Below, piece by piece: positions 1 to 8,567 of a stretch of 64,000 bases of DNA. Source of the stretch: Longimicrobiales bacterium (GTDB taxonomy: Bacteria; Gemmatimonadota; Gemmatimonadetes; Longimicrobiales; Gaopeijiaceae); assembly GCA_965203485.1 (NCBI GenBank), contig OZ241892.1, positions 2,144,001 through 2,208,000 on the forward strand, in the 5' to 3' direction. The notes under the pieces are model-generated. The model saw only the letters and a list, made by a program, of their open reading frames with translations, was not told the DNA's origin and did not search any database. Positions within the stretch are counted from its first letter, which is position 1. Every line of letters starts with the position of its first letter. The translations under genes and the position numbers were made by a program.

Positions 1-2
1 CG

Positions 3-2417
3 GCGAGGACTCTTCGCGCCGATCTCTTCAAGGCGGACTTTCCGGCCATTCGTAAGGTGCTCTCGGCCATCCTCGAGCGAGAGACGCAACACGCCGAGGG
101 ATTCGAGCGTGCCTTGGCGGCCGAGGGCATGGCCGGTGCCGTCGAGCTTCTGAACGGTACCTACGATCTAGTTGTCACGAACGTTCCTTTTCTTGCTCGC
201 GGCAAGCAATCGCCCGTTCTGAGGCAGTTTGCCGACAGCAATCATTCAGCCGCCAAGGGCGATCTTGCGACGATGTTCGTCTCTCGCAATCTACGGTGGC
301 TGGGAAAGTCCGGAACGCAAGCCTTGGTTGCACCCCAGAATTGGTTGTTCTTGAAGACGTACAAGAGATTCCGGAAAGCTTGCTTGGATGAACGAACTTG
401 GAACGCGGTGGTGCGCCTGGGCATTCGAGCATTTGCAAGTGGCAGTGGATGGGACTATAATACACAGTTGCTCGTCTTGTCCGGTGGTCGGGCCGAAGAC
501 GATTGGCACATGGCTGCAATCGACGTCTCCACAACACGCGACCAGCAACCAATCCGGGCGACCGAGAAAGGACGATTGCTAAAGGGTGCCGTAGCGGTGG
601 AGCTGATTCGTCAAGCGCGCCAACTCGAGAATCCAGATGCTGCCGTTCTGATGCGTCCGATTGGTGACCAACCCTTGTTGTCAAAGTACGCTACCGGATG
701 GCGCGGCACCATTACCTTCGACTATTCGAGTTTTGGAAGGCTCTTCTGGGAAGTGGTGACGTCAGATCGCCGGGACGTGTGGCGTCTGCAACAAGGTACG
801 GTGTCGGCAACTTGCCTTTACGGAGGACGAAGGCATGCCATCCATTGGAGGGAAATTCGGCGCTTCAATGGTGCCAAGGCTTACTTCCATAGTTCCCCGA
901 AAATCGAAGGTAGCAATGGCGTTGCCGTCTCAGCGATCGGTGCCTTGCCGGTCACGCTGTACACGGGCGAGCCGTTCGACAACAACGTCGGCGGCCTCGG
1001 CCCCTTGGACGACGAGCACCTCCCCGCCGTTTGGGCCTTCTGCTCCTCACCCGAATACGCTCGCTCCGTTCGCGAGATCGACCAAAAACTCAACGTCACC
1101 AATCGCACGCTCGTCAAGGTCCCCTTCAACCTGGAACGCTGGCAGAAGGTCGCCGCCGAACAGTACCCCAACGGCCTCCCGGAACCCTACTCCGACGACC
1201 CCACCCAATGGCTCTTCCACGGCCACCCCTGCGGCAGCGTCGTTTGGGACGAAGACGCCAAGCGACTGGCCCATGGACCGCTTCGCACGGACGCCACGGT
1301 CCTTCAGGTGGCCGTCGCGCGGTTGCTGGGCTTTCGCTGGCCGGCCGAGCACGACCCGAACCTGCGACTGGCCGACGAGTCCCGCACGTGGGTCGAACAT
1401 TGCCGCCAACTCGACCGGTTCGCGGACAGCGACGGCATCGTCTGCATTCCGGCAGTCGGCGGCGAACGCCCCGCCCAGGACCGCCTGCGGGAATTGCTGC
1501 GGGAGGCCTACGGGAACTCCTGGTCGGTGGGAACCGAACGCACGCTACTGGCCGCCGCGCAGGACACCGGGCGCGACCCCGCATCCATCGACGACTGGCT
1601 AAGGGATCGCTTCTTCGAGCAACACTGCAAGCTGTTTCACAACCGGCCCTTCGTCTGGCACGTGTGGGACGGGCGGCGGGACGGCTTTCACGCGCTCGTC
1701 AACTATCATCGCTTGGCCGGACCCGGCGGGGACGGCCGCCGCACGCTGGAGTCCCTTGCCTTTCGATACCTGGGTGCCTGGATTGAGCAGCAACGGGACG
1801 ACCAACGCGAAGGCAAGCCCGGCGCCGACGTCCGCTTGGCCGCCGCCTTGGGCCTTCAGCAGCAACTTGAACGGATTCCGTCGGGCGAGCCGCCGCTCGA
1901 CATCTTCGTTCGCTGGCGGCCTCTGCACCAACAGCCCATCGGCTGGGAACCCGAACTCGACGACGGCGTTCGCCTGAACATTCGGCCGTTCATGCGTGCC
2001 CAGCTTCCGTTCGGGGGCCGCAAAGGGGCGGGAGTCCTGCGCTGGAAGCCCAACGTCAAATGGGGCAAGGACAGAGGCAAGGAACCCGAACGCCACAAGG
2101 AAACGGACGAAGCCATCCGGCTCCGCGAGGACTTTCCCTGGTTTTGGAACTGCCCCGGCACCGGTGCAGAAGAGGAGCGGACCAACTTTCCCGGCGGTCC
2201 AGCCTTCGACGGCAATCGTTGGAACGACTTGCACTACACGCGGACGGCGAAGGAAGAAGCTCGCGCACGAGAAGCTCGCGCCGACGCCGTCCCCACGAAA
2301 ACCGCCCGCAAGCACCAAGACGCCCGAGCCAGAGACGAACAAGCCGGAGACGCCGGCCGCCCAGAGCTCTCCCCGCAAGCCGCCGCTTCGCAACCGCCCC
2401 TGGAGGCCGCCCCATGA
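3..2417 (+). CDS. pglX: BREX PglX-like adenine-specific DNA methyltransferase (5' end outside window)
   Basis: Frame is open from the window edge. Motif IV variant YDLVVTNVPF is followed by DLATMFV/PQNWLFL. C-terminal FF..HCKLFHNRPFVWHVWDG and W.PELDDGVRLNIRP motifs are typical of PglX. Sits upstream of pglZ and brxL. Confidence 0.8.
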   Translation, partial: ARTLRADLFKADFPAIRKVLSAILERETQHAEGFERALAAEGMAGAVELLNGTYDLVVTNVPFLARGKQSPVLRQFADSNHSAAKGDLATMFVSRNLRWLGKSGTQALVAPQNWLFLKTYKRFRKACLDERTWNAVVRLGIRAFASGSGWDYNTQLLVLSGGRAEDDWHMAAIDVSTTRDQQPIRATEKGRLLKGAVAVELIRQARQLENPDAAVLMRPIGDQPLLSKYATGWRGTITFDYSSFGRLFWEVVTSDRRDVWRLQQGTVSATCLYGGRRHAIHWREIRRFNGAKAYFHSSPKIEGSNGVAVSAIGALPVTLYTGEPFDNNVGGLGPLDDEHLPAVWAFCSSPEYARSVREIDQKLNVTNRTLVKVPFNLERWQKVAAEQYPNGLPEPYSDDPTQWLFHGHPCGSVVWDEDAKRLAHGPLRTDATVLQVAVARLLGFRWPAEHDPNLRLADESRTWVEHCRQLDRFADSDGIVCIPAVGGERPAQDRLRELLREAYGNSWSVGTERTLLAAAQDTGRDPASIDDWLRDRFFEQHCKLFHNRPFVWHVWDGRRDGFHALVNYHRLAGPGGDGRRTLESLAFRYLGAWIEQQRDDQREGKPGADVRLAAALGLQQQLERIPSGEPPLDIFVRWRPLHQQPIGWEPELDDGVRLNIRPFMRAQLPFGGRKGAGVLRWKPNVKWGKDRGKEPERHKETDEAIRLREDFPWFWNCPGTGAEEERTNFPGGPAFDGNRWNDLHYTRTAKEEARAREARADAVPTKTARKHQDARARDEQAGDAGRPELSPQAAASQPPLEAAP

Positions 2418-3607
2418 ACTGGGCCCACGTCCACGAACGCATCCGGGCCGGCGAGGACGCGCAAACCGAATTCAAGCGGGACGCCGCCAATGCCGCCGCC
2501 CTCGCCAAGGCCGTCTGCGCGTTCGCCAACGGCGCGGGCGGGCTGCTCGTCATGGGCGTCGAGGACGACGGGACGCTCGCCGGCGTCTCCAAGGATCCCG
2601 AGGCCGTTCAGGAACGGTTGACCAGCCTGCTTCAGAGCGGATGCGGCAGGCCGGTCACGGCGGAATGCGGCAGGCGCAACATCGAAGGCGAGCGGTGGAT
2701 TCACTGGATCGACGTGCACCGGCACCAACGCGGCTACGAGCCCTTCGCCAGCGACGGGCGCTACTGGATTCGCCGGGGCCGCGCGACCGTGCAGCCGTCG
2801 CCGTCCGAATTCCAAGAGCTGCTCAATACCTTCGGGCTCGTCCTCACCGAGCAGCAGATCATTCCCTCGGCAACCGTGGACGACATCGACTTCTCGGCCG
2901 TTCGCACGTTCTTGCAGGCGCAGGGCATGGACCTCGACACTGCGCCTCAGCCCACGCGCCAAGAGGACTTGCTCGTGGCCAGCGCCGCGGACGAGGTGGA
3001 CGGGGTGGCCCGTCCGACGCTGTACGGGCTCATGGTGTTCGGACGCCAGCCGCAGGCCCATCCGCACACGCACAACCTGTTCGTGCAGTGCTCGCGGTAC
3101 GACGGCCGGGACCAGTCCGCCGACGTGCTCAGCGTCGCCGAAGGCACGGGGCGCTTGGAAGACCAAGTGCGGCAGTGCATGGGCTGGTACCGCAGTCTCG
3201 GCAGGCGCGAGGAGTATCGCGGACTCGAGCGCATCGACGTTCCGATGGTCCCGGAAGCGGCCCTTCGCGAGGCGCTGGTCAATGCGGTCGTCCACCGCGA
3301 CTACGCCATCACGGGCTCGCAGGTTCTGCTGGAGGTCTTCTCCGACCGGATCGTCGTGACCAGTCCGGGCGCCCTGCCCAACCACATGACGGTGGAGCGG
3401 GCCACGGGCGGGGGCGCGCCCAGGTCGCGCAACGAGATGATGGCCAACGCCATGGTCGTGCGCAGGCTCATGGAGCGGCGCGGCCGGGGCTGGCTCGTCA
3501 TCCGCCGCACGATGCGGCAATTCAACGGAACCGAGCCGACGTTGGAGAACGATGCCGTCAGCCGCATCGTCCGCGTTACGTTTCCGCTCGCCCCAGCCGC
3601 CGCCTAG
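2414..3607 (+). CDS. Schlafen/AlbA_2-domain protein with RecG-C-like (HATPase_c_4) domain
   Basis: ATG overlaps the pglX stop (ATGA). N-terminal GEDAQTEFKR...VCAFANGAGGLLVMGVEDDG; C-terminal ALREALVNAVVHRDY...IVVTSPG...RSRN. Confidence 0.85.
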   Translation: MNWAHVHERIRAGEDAQTEFKRDAANAAALAKAVCAFANGAGGLLVMGVEDDGTLAGVSKDPEAVQERLTSLLQSGCGRPVTAECGRRNIEGERWIHWIDVHRHQRGYEPFASDGRYWIRRGRATVQPSPSEFQELLNTFGLVLTEQQIIPSATVDDIDFSAVRTFLQAQGMDLDTAPQPTRQEDLLVASAADEVDGVARPTLYGLMVFGRQPQAHPHTHNLFVQCSRYDGRDQSADVLSVAEGTGRLEDQVRQCMGWYRSLGRREEYRGLERIDVPMVPEAALREALVNAVVHRDYAITGSQVLLEVFSDRIVVTSPGALPNHMTVERATGGGAPRSRNEMMANAMVVRRLMERRGRGWLVIRRTMRQFNGTEPTLENDAVSRIVRVTFPLAPAAA

Positions 3608-3620
3608 CCGGGAGGCCGTC

Positions 3621-5354
3621 GTGCCGAAGAGCCGCGCCGAAGTCGAGGAGCTGCTGGAGCGCTTGGACGAGCGCTCGGCGGACGAGCTGGAGGCGCAGGA
3701 CGTCGACTTCAAGGAATGGGGCAAGGACGACAGGGCGGCCGTGACCAAGGCGGTCGACTGGGCCGTCTGCATGGCCAACGGAGGCGGAGGAACGATCGTC
3801 TTCGGAGTCGCCGACGACTTGGTGGGACGCCGCAACGCCATCGTCGGCGTCCCGCGCGACGTCGCGGTCGACCGTCTTCGTCTCGCGGTTTACGACAGGA
3901 CCGATCCCAAGCTCACGCCGACGTTCGACGAGATCGAAGTGCCCGAGGGAACGGGCCGGGTCCTCGCCATGCACGTTCATCCCGGCATCCCGCCCTACAC
4001 GGACACGTCCGGCAAGGGACTGATTCGCATCGGCAAGGACTGCAAGCCGCTGACGGGCGCGATGCGGCGGCAGTTCTTCCTGGATGCCGGGGCCGAGGAC
4101 TATACGGGAGAGACCGTGGGACCCGCGGGTCGCGATTCCCTTTCGTCCGCGGCCATCGGCGCATTGCGGGACGCCGCGATCAAGGAGAGCGCGCCAGCCG
4201 AGGTCGCCAAACTGGGCGACGAGGAACTGTTGGCCGCGATTGGCGTCGTTCGCGAAGGCCGGTTGACGCGAGCGGGCGTTCTTCTTGCAGGTTCGGAGGA
4301 CGCCTTGCGAACGCACGTGCCCAAGTACGCCTGGACGCATCTTCGGATGTCGTCCGACACGGACTACTCCGCTCGCCTGGACGGACGCGCAGCCATCCCT
4401 CTCGCCTTGGCGCGCATTCTCGACCGGGTGTCGGCAGGCAATCCCATCGAGACCATACGCTACGGCTTGCATCACTTCGAATACCCGACGTATCCGGACA
4501 TCGCCCTTCGCGAAGCGCTGCTCAACGCCCTCTGCCATGCGGACTACCGCATCGCCAGTCCAATACTGGTCAAGCAGTTTCGCCGCCGCCTGGAAATCAC
4601 GAATCCGGGAAGGCTCGTGGGCGGCATCACGCCCGACAACATTCTTCACCATGCGCCCGTGGCTCGGAATCCGTGCTTGGTGGACGCGCTCGTGCGCTTG
4701 CATCTGATCAACCGCGCCAACCTAGGCATTCAGCGCATCTACACGTCGCTTCTCGTCGAAGGGAAGGACTTGCCCGCCATCGAAGAGGTCGGCGAGTCGC
4801 TTCGAATCACGTTCAGGGCATCCAAGATGTCGCCGGCCTTTCGCACGTTCGTGGAGGAAGAGCAGAAGGCGGGCAACGAACTCGGCGTGGATGATCTGCT
4901 CGTCTTGGATCACTTGCTCCGTTGGGCGGAAACCGATTTGGCCGAAGCGTCTCGGATCTGCCAAAGGTCGCCAGAAGAAGCGAGCGGCGTCCTCGAGCGA
5001 ATGGAACAAGACTTGGGCTACGTGGACCGCGGCGGCGACAGCGGAGACGGCTATTGGACGTTGCGGCCGGATGTTCACGCGAGGCTTTCGGGCGCCCAGG
5101 GCGACGGACGGAATCGCGGGGCGGAATGGGACTCGGCCAAGTCCAGAGTGCTCCGCGTCGTCCGGCGTCAAGCGGCACGAGGAGCGCAGCCGCTGGTGAA
5201 TGCCGACGTTCGGCGCATCACTGGATTTGACCGTCATCAGGTCTATCGTCTCATTCAAGCGCTCGCCGACGAGGGAAGGATTCGGATCGATGGGCACGGG
5301 CGGGCGGCCACGTACGTGTATTGCGACGACTCGGGGAGGAACGTCCCGGCTTGA
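3621..5354 (+). CDS. Second Schlafen/AlbA_2 + HATPase_c_4 protein with C-terminal winged-helix domains
   Basis: GTG start with GGAGG at 3611-3615. Motifs EAQDVDFKE, CMANGGGGTIVFGVAD, ALREALLNALCHADY, EITNPG and RNPCL. C-terminal NADVRRITGFDRHQVYRLIQAL..EG.I...G.GR..Y looks like a wHTH. Confidence 0.85.
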   Translation: MPKSRAEVEELLERLDERSADELEAQDVDFKEWGKDDRAAVTKAVDWAVCMANGGGGTIVFGVADDLVGRRNAIVGVPRDVAVDRLRLAVYDRTDPKLTPTFDEIEVPEGTGRVLAMHVHPGIPPYTDTSGKGLIRIGKDCKPLTGAMRRQFFLDAGAEDYTGETVGPAGRDSLSSAAIGALRDAAIKESAPAEVAKLGDEELLAAIGVVREGRLTRAGVLLAGSEDALRTHVPKYAWTHLRMSSDTDYSARLDGRAAIPLALARILDRVSAGNPIETIRYGLHHFEYPTYPDIALREALLNALCHADYRIASPILVKQFRRRLEITNPGRLVGGITPDNILHHAPVARNPCLVDALVRLHLINRANLGIQRIYTSLLVEGKDLPAIEEVGESLRITFRASKMSPAFRTFVEEEQKAGNELGVDDLLVLDHLLRWAETDLAEASRICQRSPEEASGVLERMEQDLGYVDRGGDSGDGYWTLRPDVHARLSGAQGDGRNRGAEWDSAKSRVLRVVRRQAARGAQPLVNADVRRITGFDRHQVYRLIQALADEGRIRIDGHGRAATYVYCDDSGRNVPA

Positions 5355-5447
5355 GACCGCCATCCCAACTGGGCGTCGGTTGCTCGTCCGCTTCCGGCAT
5401 GGGCCTTCCGCAACAAAGGCCGGCGACAACCGGCCCTTGCCACGTCC

Positions 5448-6045
5448 TCGAATTGCTCGCCGTTGTCCGTCTTTCCGAGCATTTCCGGCGAGAAGGCCGA
5501 CAAATGCTCGCGAGCCCAGAGGTTTCCGCGCATTTCGCGCCAAAATCCCCAAAACGCCTGCGCCATGGGCGTTTTCCGCAACATGAGCCCGCCGACACGG
5601 GGGCGTTTCGTGTCGGAAAGGAGCGCGGATCCAAGCCTTGCGCTCATTTGCCCCGCAATGGACGCCCGAAATGATGACGAATCCCAGATTTCCCGCGCAT
5701 TTCGCGCCCAACCCCGAAAAACGCTTGCATCATAAGGCTTTTCCGCAGAACGAACTTGCTGACGCGAAGCCTCCCCACGTCGCCCGACGGAAGCACGGTC
5801 GCCTTCACGGCCTCCCCCCAACCGCTCGCCGTTTCCGTTTTGCGAGCATTTCCGGCAAGGAAATCCGGGAATTGCTCGCGAACTCGAGCTTCCCGCACAT
5901 TTCCGAGCATTTCCCCACATTGAAGGCCTGAAATGATCGCGAGGCCCAGGTTTCCCGATCATTTCCGCGCAATGAACGCCGGGAATGATCGCGAGTCCAC
6001 GTCTTCCGCGCATTCCCCCGCCGAGTCTGCGCAATTGCCCGCGTA
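5448..6045. repeat. Degenerate non-coding array of ~36-bp inverted-repeat units (CGAGCATTTCC-N-GAAATG(C/A)TCGCGA)
   Basis: Units at 5476-5510, ~5641-5676, 5843-5878, 5904-5939, 5956-5991 and ~6007-6042; extra left arms at 5527 and 5694; local period about 51-53 bp. Confidence 0.75.
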
Positions 6046-6071
6046 GGCGTTCTCCTGTTTCCCTTCGCTCG

Positions 6072-8567
6072 ATGACGCCAACCGTCCTGAACCTGCTCGC
6101 CGACAGCCTCCGAGGGCGGAGCACGTCGCCTGAAGGCCAGCAGCCGCCGGTGGCCATTGTCTGGCCCGACCCCAAGGAGGAATGGCGGAGTCTCTTGCCG
6201 ACCCTCCGCGGCCCCATCCCGGAGCTGCTGGCGCTGGGCGGATACGATCCGGAGGCTGGCAAGGGTCCCGCCATCTGGCTTCGCTGCGTCGTGGAGGGAA
6301 CGTTGCCCGCGCCGCATGCGCAGGACGGCGGCGACCGCGACATGGACGATCCGCCCGGTGCCGCCCAGCGCATCCCCATCCTCTACCTGCCCGGCGTCGC
6401 GCGCGAGGACCTGCGGGTGGGCGCCGACTGCCCGGATCGCTTGAAGCCGCTGGTCGAGCTCATGTATCGCGGGACCTTGTGGGTTCAGCCCAACGGGCGT
6501 CCGTGGAGCCCGGCGGCCTTTCTCCGTTCCTCCAATGGGGCGGGCCTCGACGTCGCCACCGACGCGGCGACGCTCAAAGCCTTGAACAGCGCCTTGCCGG
6601 AAGTCTCCGAGCTTCACGTCGCCAACCTCCAGGGACGCCGTTTGGACGCCGACGACTTCAACCGGTTGCTGGCCGACGACCTCGAGCGCGACGTCCTGCG
6701 GTGGATGGCCGACGCGGACCGAACCAGAAATCGCATGGGGTCGAACAGCTGGCCCGCGTTCCGCGCCCGTTGCCGCCAAGAGCTGGAGCTGGACCCCGAA
6801 GCCGACGCGGACGTCGACGCAGCCGTGAAGCTGGTCAAGGGAACGGGCGAATGGGGCAAGGTGTGGAACCGGTTCGCGGAGGCGCCGGATGTCTACGCGG
6901 GCGTCGTGGAGGTGCTTCGGCGAGCTCGGCCGTCGGGCGAAATCCCGCTTGACCGCGACCGCTGGCCGGACCTGAACGCGGAGGACGAAGAGGAGGCGCG
7001 GAGAGCGCTGGCGGCCGCCGTGGAGCTGTCGCCCAAGGAGGCCCGGGCCGCGGTGGCCGAGTTGGAGCAGACGCACGGCCCGAGGCGAGAGTGGCTGTGG
7101 GCGCGTCTCGGGGAGTCGCCGGTCGCGCAAGTCTTGGAACCCCTGGCTCGCTTGACCGAGGCCACGGCGGCCGCCATCGGCGGAGCGACGCCCGACGAAA
7201 TCGCGGACACCTACGCGAACGTCGGTTGGCAGGCGGACGCCGCCGTGCGAGAAGCCGTGGCTGGCGCGGCCCACCGGGACGAGGCAATGGTTGCCCGGGT
7301 CGTCGGCCACCTGCTGGAACCCTGGATGGACAAGACGGCGCGCGCCTTCCAGGCGGCCGTGGAAGACTCGCCGCTGCCCGGCGCCGACGGCGCGGATCTC
7401 GTGGAGGCGCGCGAGGACGAGTGCATCGTCTTCGTGGACGGACTTCGCTACGAACTCGGACGGCGGCTGGCCGAGCATCTGGAAGACGAGGGCTGCGCCG
7501 TCGGGACGACGCACCGATGGGCCGCGCTGCCGACGGTGACCACCACCGCCAAGCCCGCCGTCGCTCCCGTCGCCGATCAAGTAGCGGGCACGGCGGCGCT
7601 TGGGGCGGACTTTCGCCCCCAGATCTGCCCTGCCCCGCATCTCCCCGACGCAAGGAGGGCCGCCACTCACGCGCAATCGCCAACCGCGGCTCGCCCCGGA
7701 TCCGGCGCAACCGACGAGGGCCGCCCGTCCGATGTCGAAGGCCCACCCAACGCCGCGCGTCCGTGCGACGCCGCCCGCCTGCGCCAGGCAATGGCGGAAC
7801 GGGACTATCGGGTTCTCGGATCGGACGTCCCCGAGATGCCGACGCAGTCCGCCGCCCGCGGCTGGATGGAGACCGGCAAGATCGACAAGCTTGGCCACGA
7901 CCACTGCACCGACGCTGTTGGCTTCGCCCGCGCCGTCGAGACCGAGCTGGAGCGGATCGCCCAAAGCGTCCTGGGTCTGCTGGAAGTGGGCTGGCGCTCC
8001 GTCCGCCTGGTCACCGACCACGGCTGGCTCTGGCTACCCGGCGGACTACCCATGGTCCGCCTGCCCAAGCACCTCGCGGCCTCGAAATGGGCTCGGTGCG
8101 CCGTCGTCTCCGGCGAGTCCCGGCCCGCCGACGTCCTTCGCTTCCCTTGGCGATGGAACGCGGCCCAATGGTTCGCCACCCCGCCGGGAATCGCCTGCTT
8201 CAGCAAGACGGACGAGTACGCGCACGGGGGAGTCAGCCTCCAGGAGTGCCTGACGCCGGACATTCGCGTGGAGCGCGGAGCTGGGCCGGCCGGGATCTCG
8301 GCGTCGATTCGCTCGATCGCATGGGTGCGCTTGCGTTGCGTCGCGGAAGTCGAGGTCAGGGGCGGAGCGGGCACGGCGGACATTCGCGTCGGCGGCCCGT
8401 CCGGCGATTCCGTGGTCCTGGAGCCCAAGCCCGTTGCCGACGACGGCACGGCGAGCCTGGTCCTGGACGGAGACGAGCACGAAGACGCAACGTTGACCTT
8501 CGTCGTCGCCGACGCCGACGGGCGCGTGCTCGCCCACCAATCCACCCGCACGGGGACCACTCGATGA
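6072..8567 (+). CDS. pglZ: BREX PglZ (alkaline-phosphatase superfamily) protein
   Basis: FVDGLRYELG, LPTVTTTAK, IDKLGH, VRLVTDHGW and YAHGGVSLQEC metal-binding motifs; N-terminal GPAIWLRC. Stop overlaps the brxL start. Confidence 0.88.
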   Translation: MTPTVLNLLADSLRGRSTSPEGQQPPVAIVWPDPKEEWRSLLPTLRGPIPELLALGGYDPEAGKGPAIWLRCVVEGTLPAPHAQDGGDRDMDDPPGAAQRIPILYLPGVAREDLRVGADCPDRLKPLVELMYRGTLWVQPNGRPWSPAAFLRSSNGAGLDVATDAATLKALNSALPEVSELHVANLQGRRLDADDFNRLLADDLERDVLRWMADADRTRNRMGSNSWPAFRARCRQELELDPEADADVDAAVKLVKGTGEWGKVWNRFAEAPDVYAGVVEVLRRARPSGEIPLDRDRWPDLNAEDEEEARRALAAAVELSPKEARAAVAELEQTHGPRREWLWARLGESPVAQVLEPLARLTEATAAAIGGATPDEIADTYANVGWQADAAVREAVAGAAHRDEAMVARVVGHLLEPWMDKTARAFQAAVEDSPLPGADGADLVEAREDECIVFVDGLRYELGRRLAEHLEDEGCAVGTTHRWAALPTVTTTAKPAVAPVADQVAGTAALGADFRPQICPAPHLPDARRAATHAQSPTAARPGSGATDEGRPSDVEGPPNAARPCDAARLRQAMAERDYRVLGSDVPEMPTQSAARGWMETGKIDKLGHDHCTDAVGFARAVETELERIAQSVLGLLEVGWRSVRLVTDHGWLWLPGGLPMVRLPKHLAASKWARCAVVSGESRPADVLRFPWRWNAAQWFATPPGIACFSKTDEYAHGGVSLQECLTPDIRVERGAGPAGISASIRSIAWVRLRCVAEVEVRGGAGTADIRVGGPSGDSVVLEPKPVADDGTASLVLDGDEHEDATLTFVVADADGRVLAHQSTRTGTTR

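Noticed and set aside
5448..6045. CRISPR array interpretation of the repeat region
   Set aside because: Units are degenerate, spacing is irregular, variable parts are too short for spacers, and no cas genes are in the window.
4722..6379. ORFs crossing the 5354-6071 intergenic region
   Set aside because: No recognisable motifs, atypical composition, and they overlap well-supported genes.
7091..8563. 1212-aa ORF suggesting a long N-terminal extension of BrxL
   Set aside because: The extension is Arg/Gly-rich off-frame translation overlapping pglZ; the real start is the ATGA overlap at 8564.
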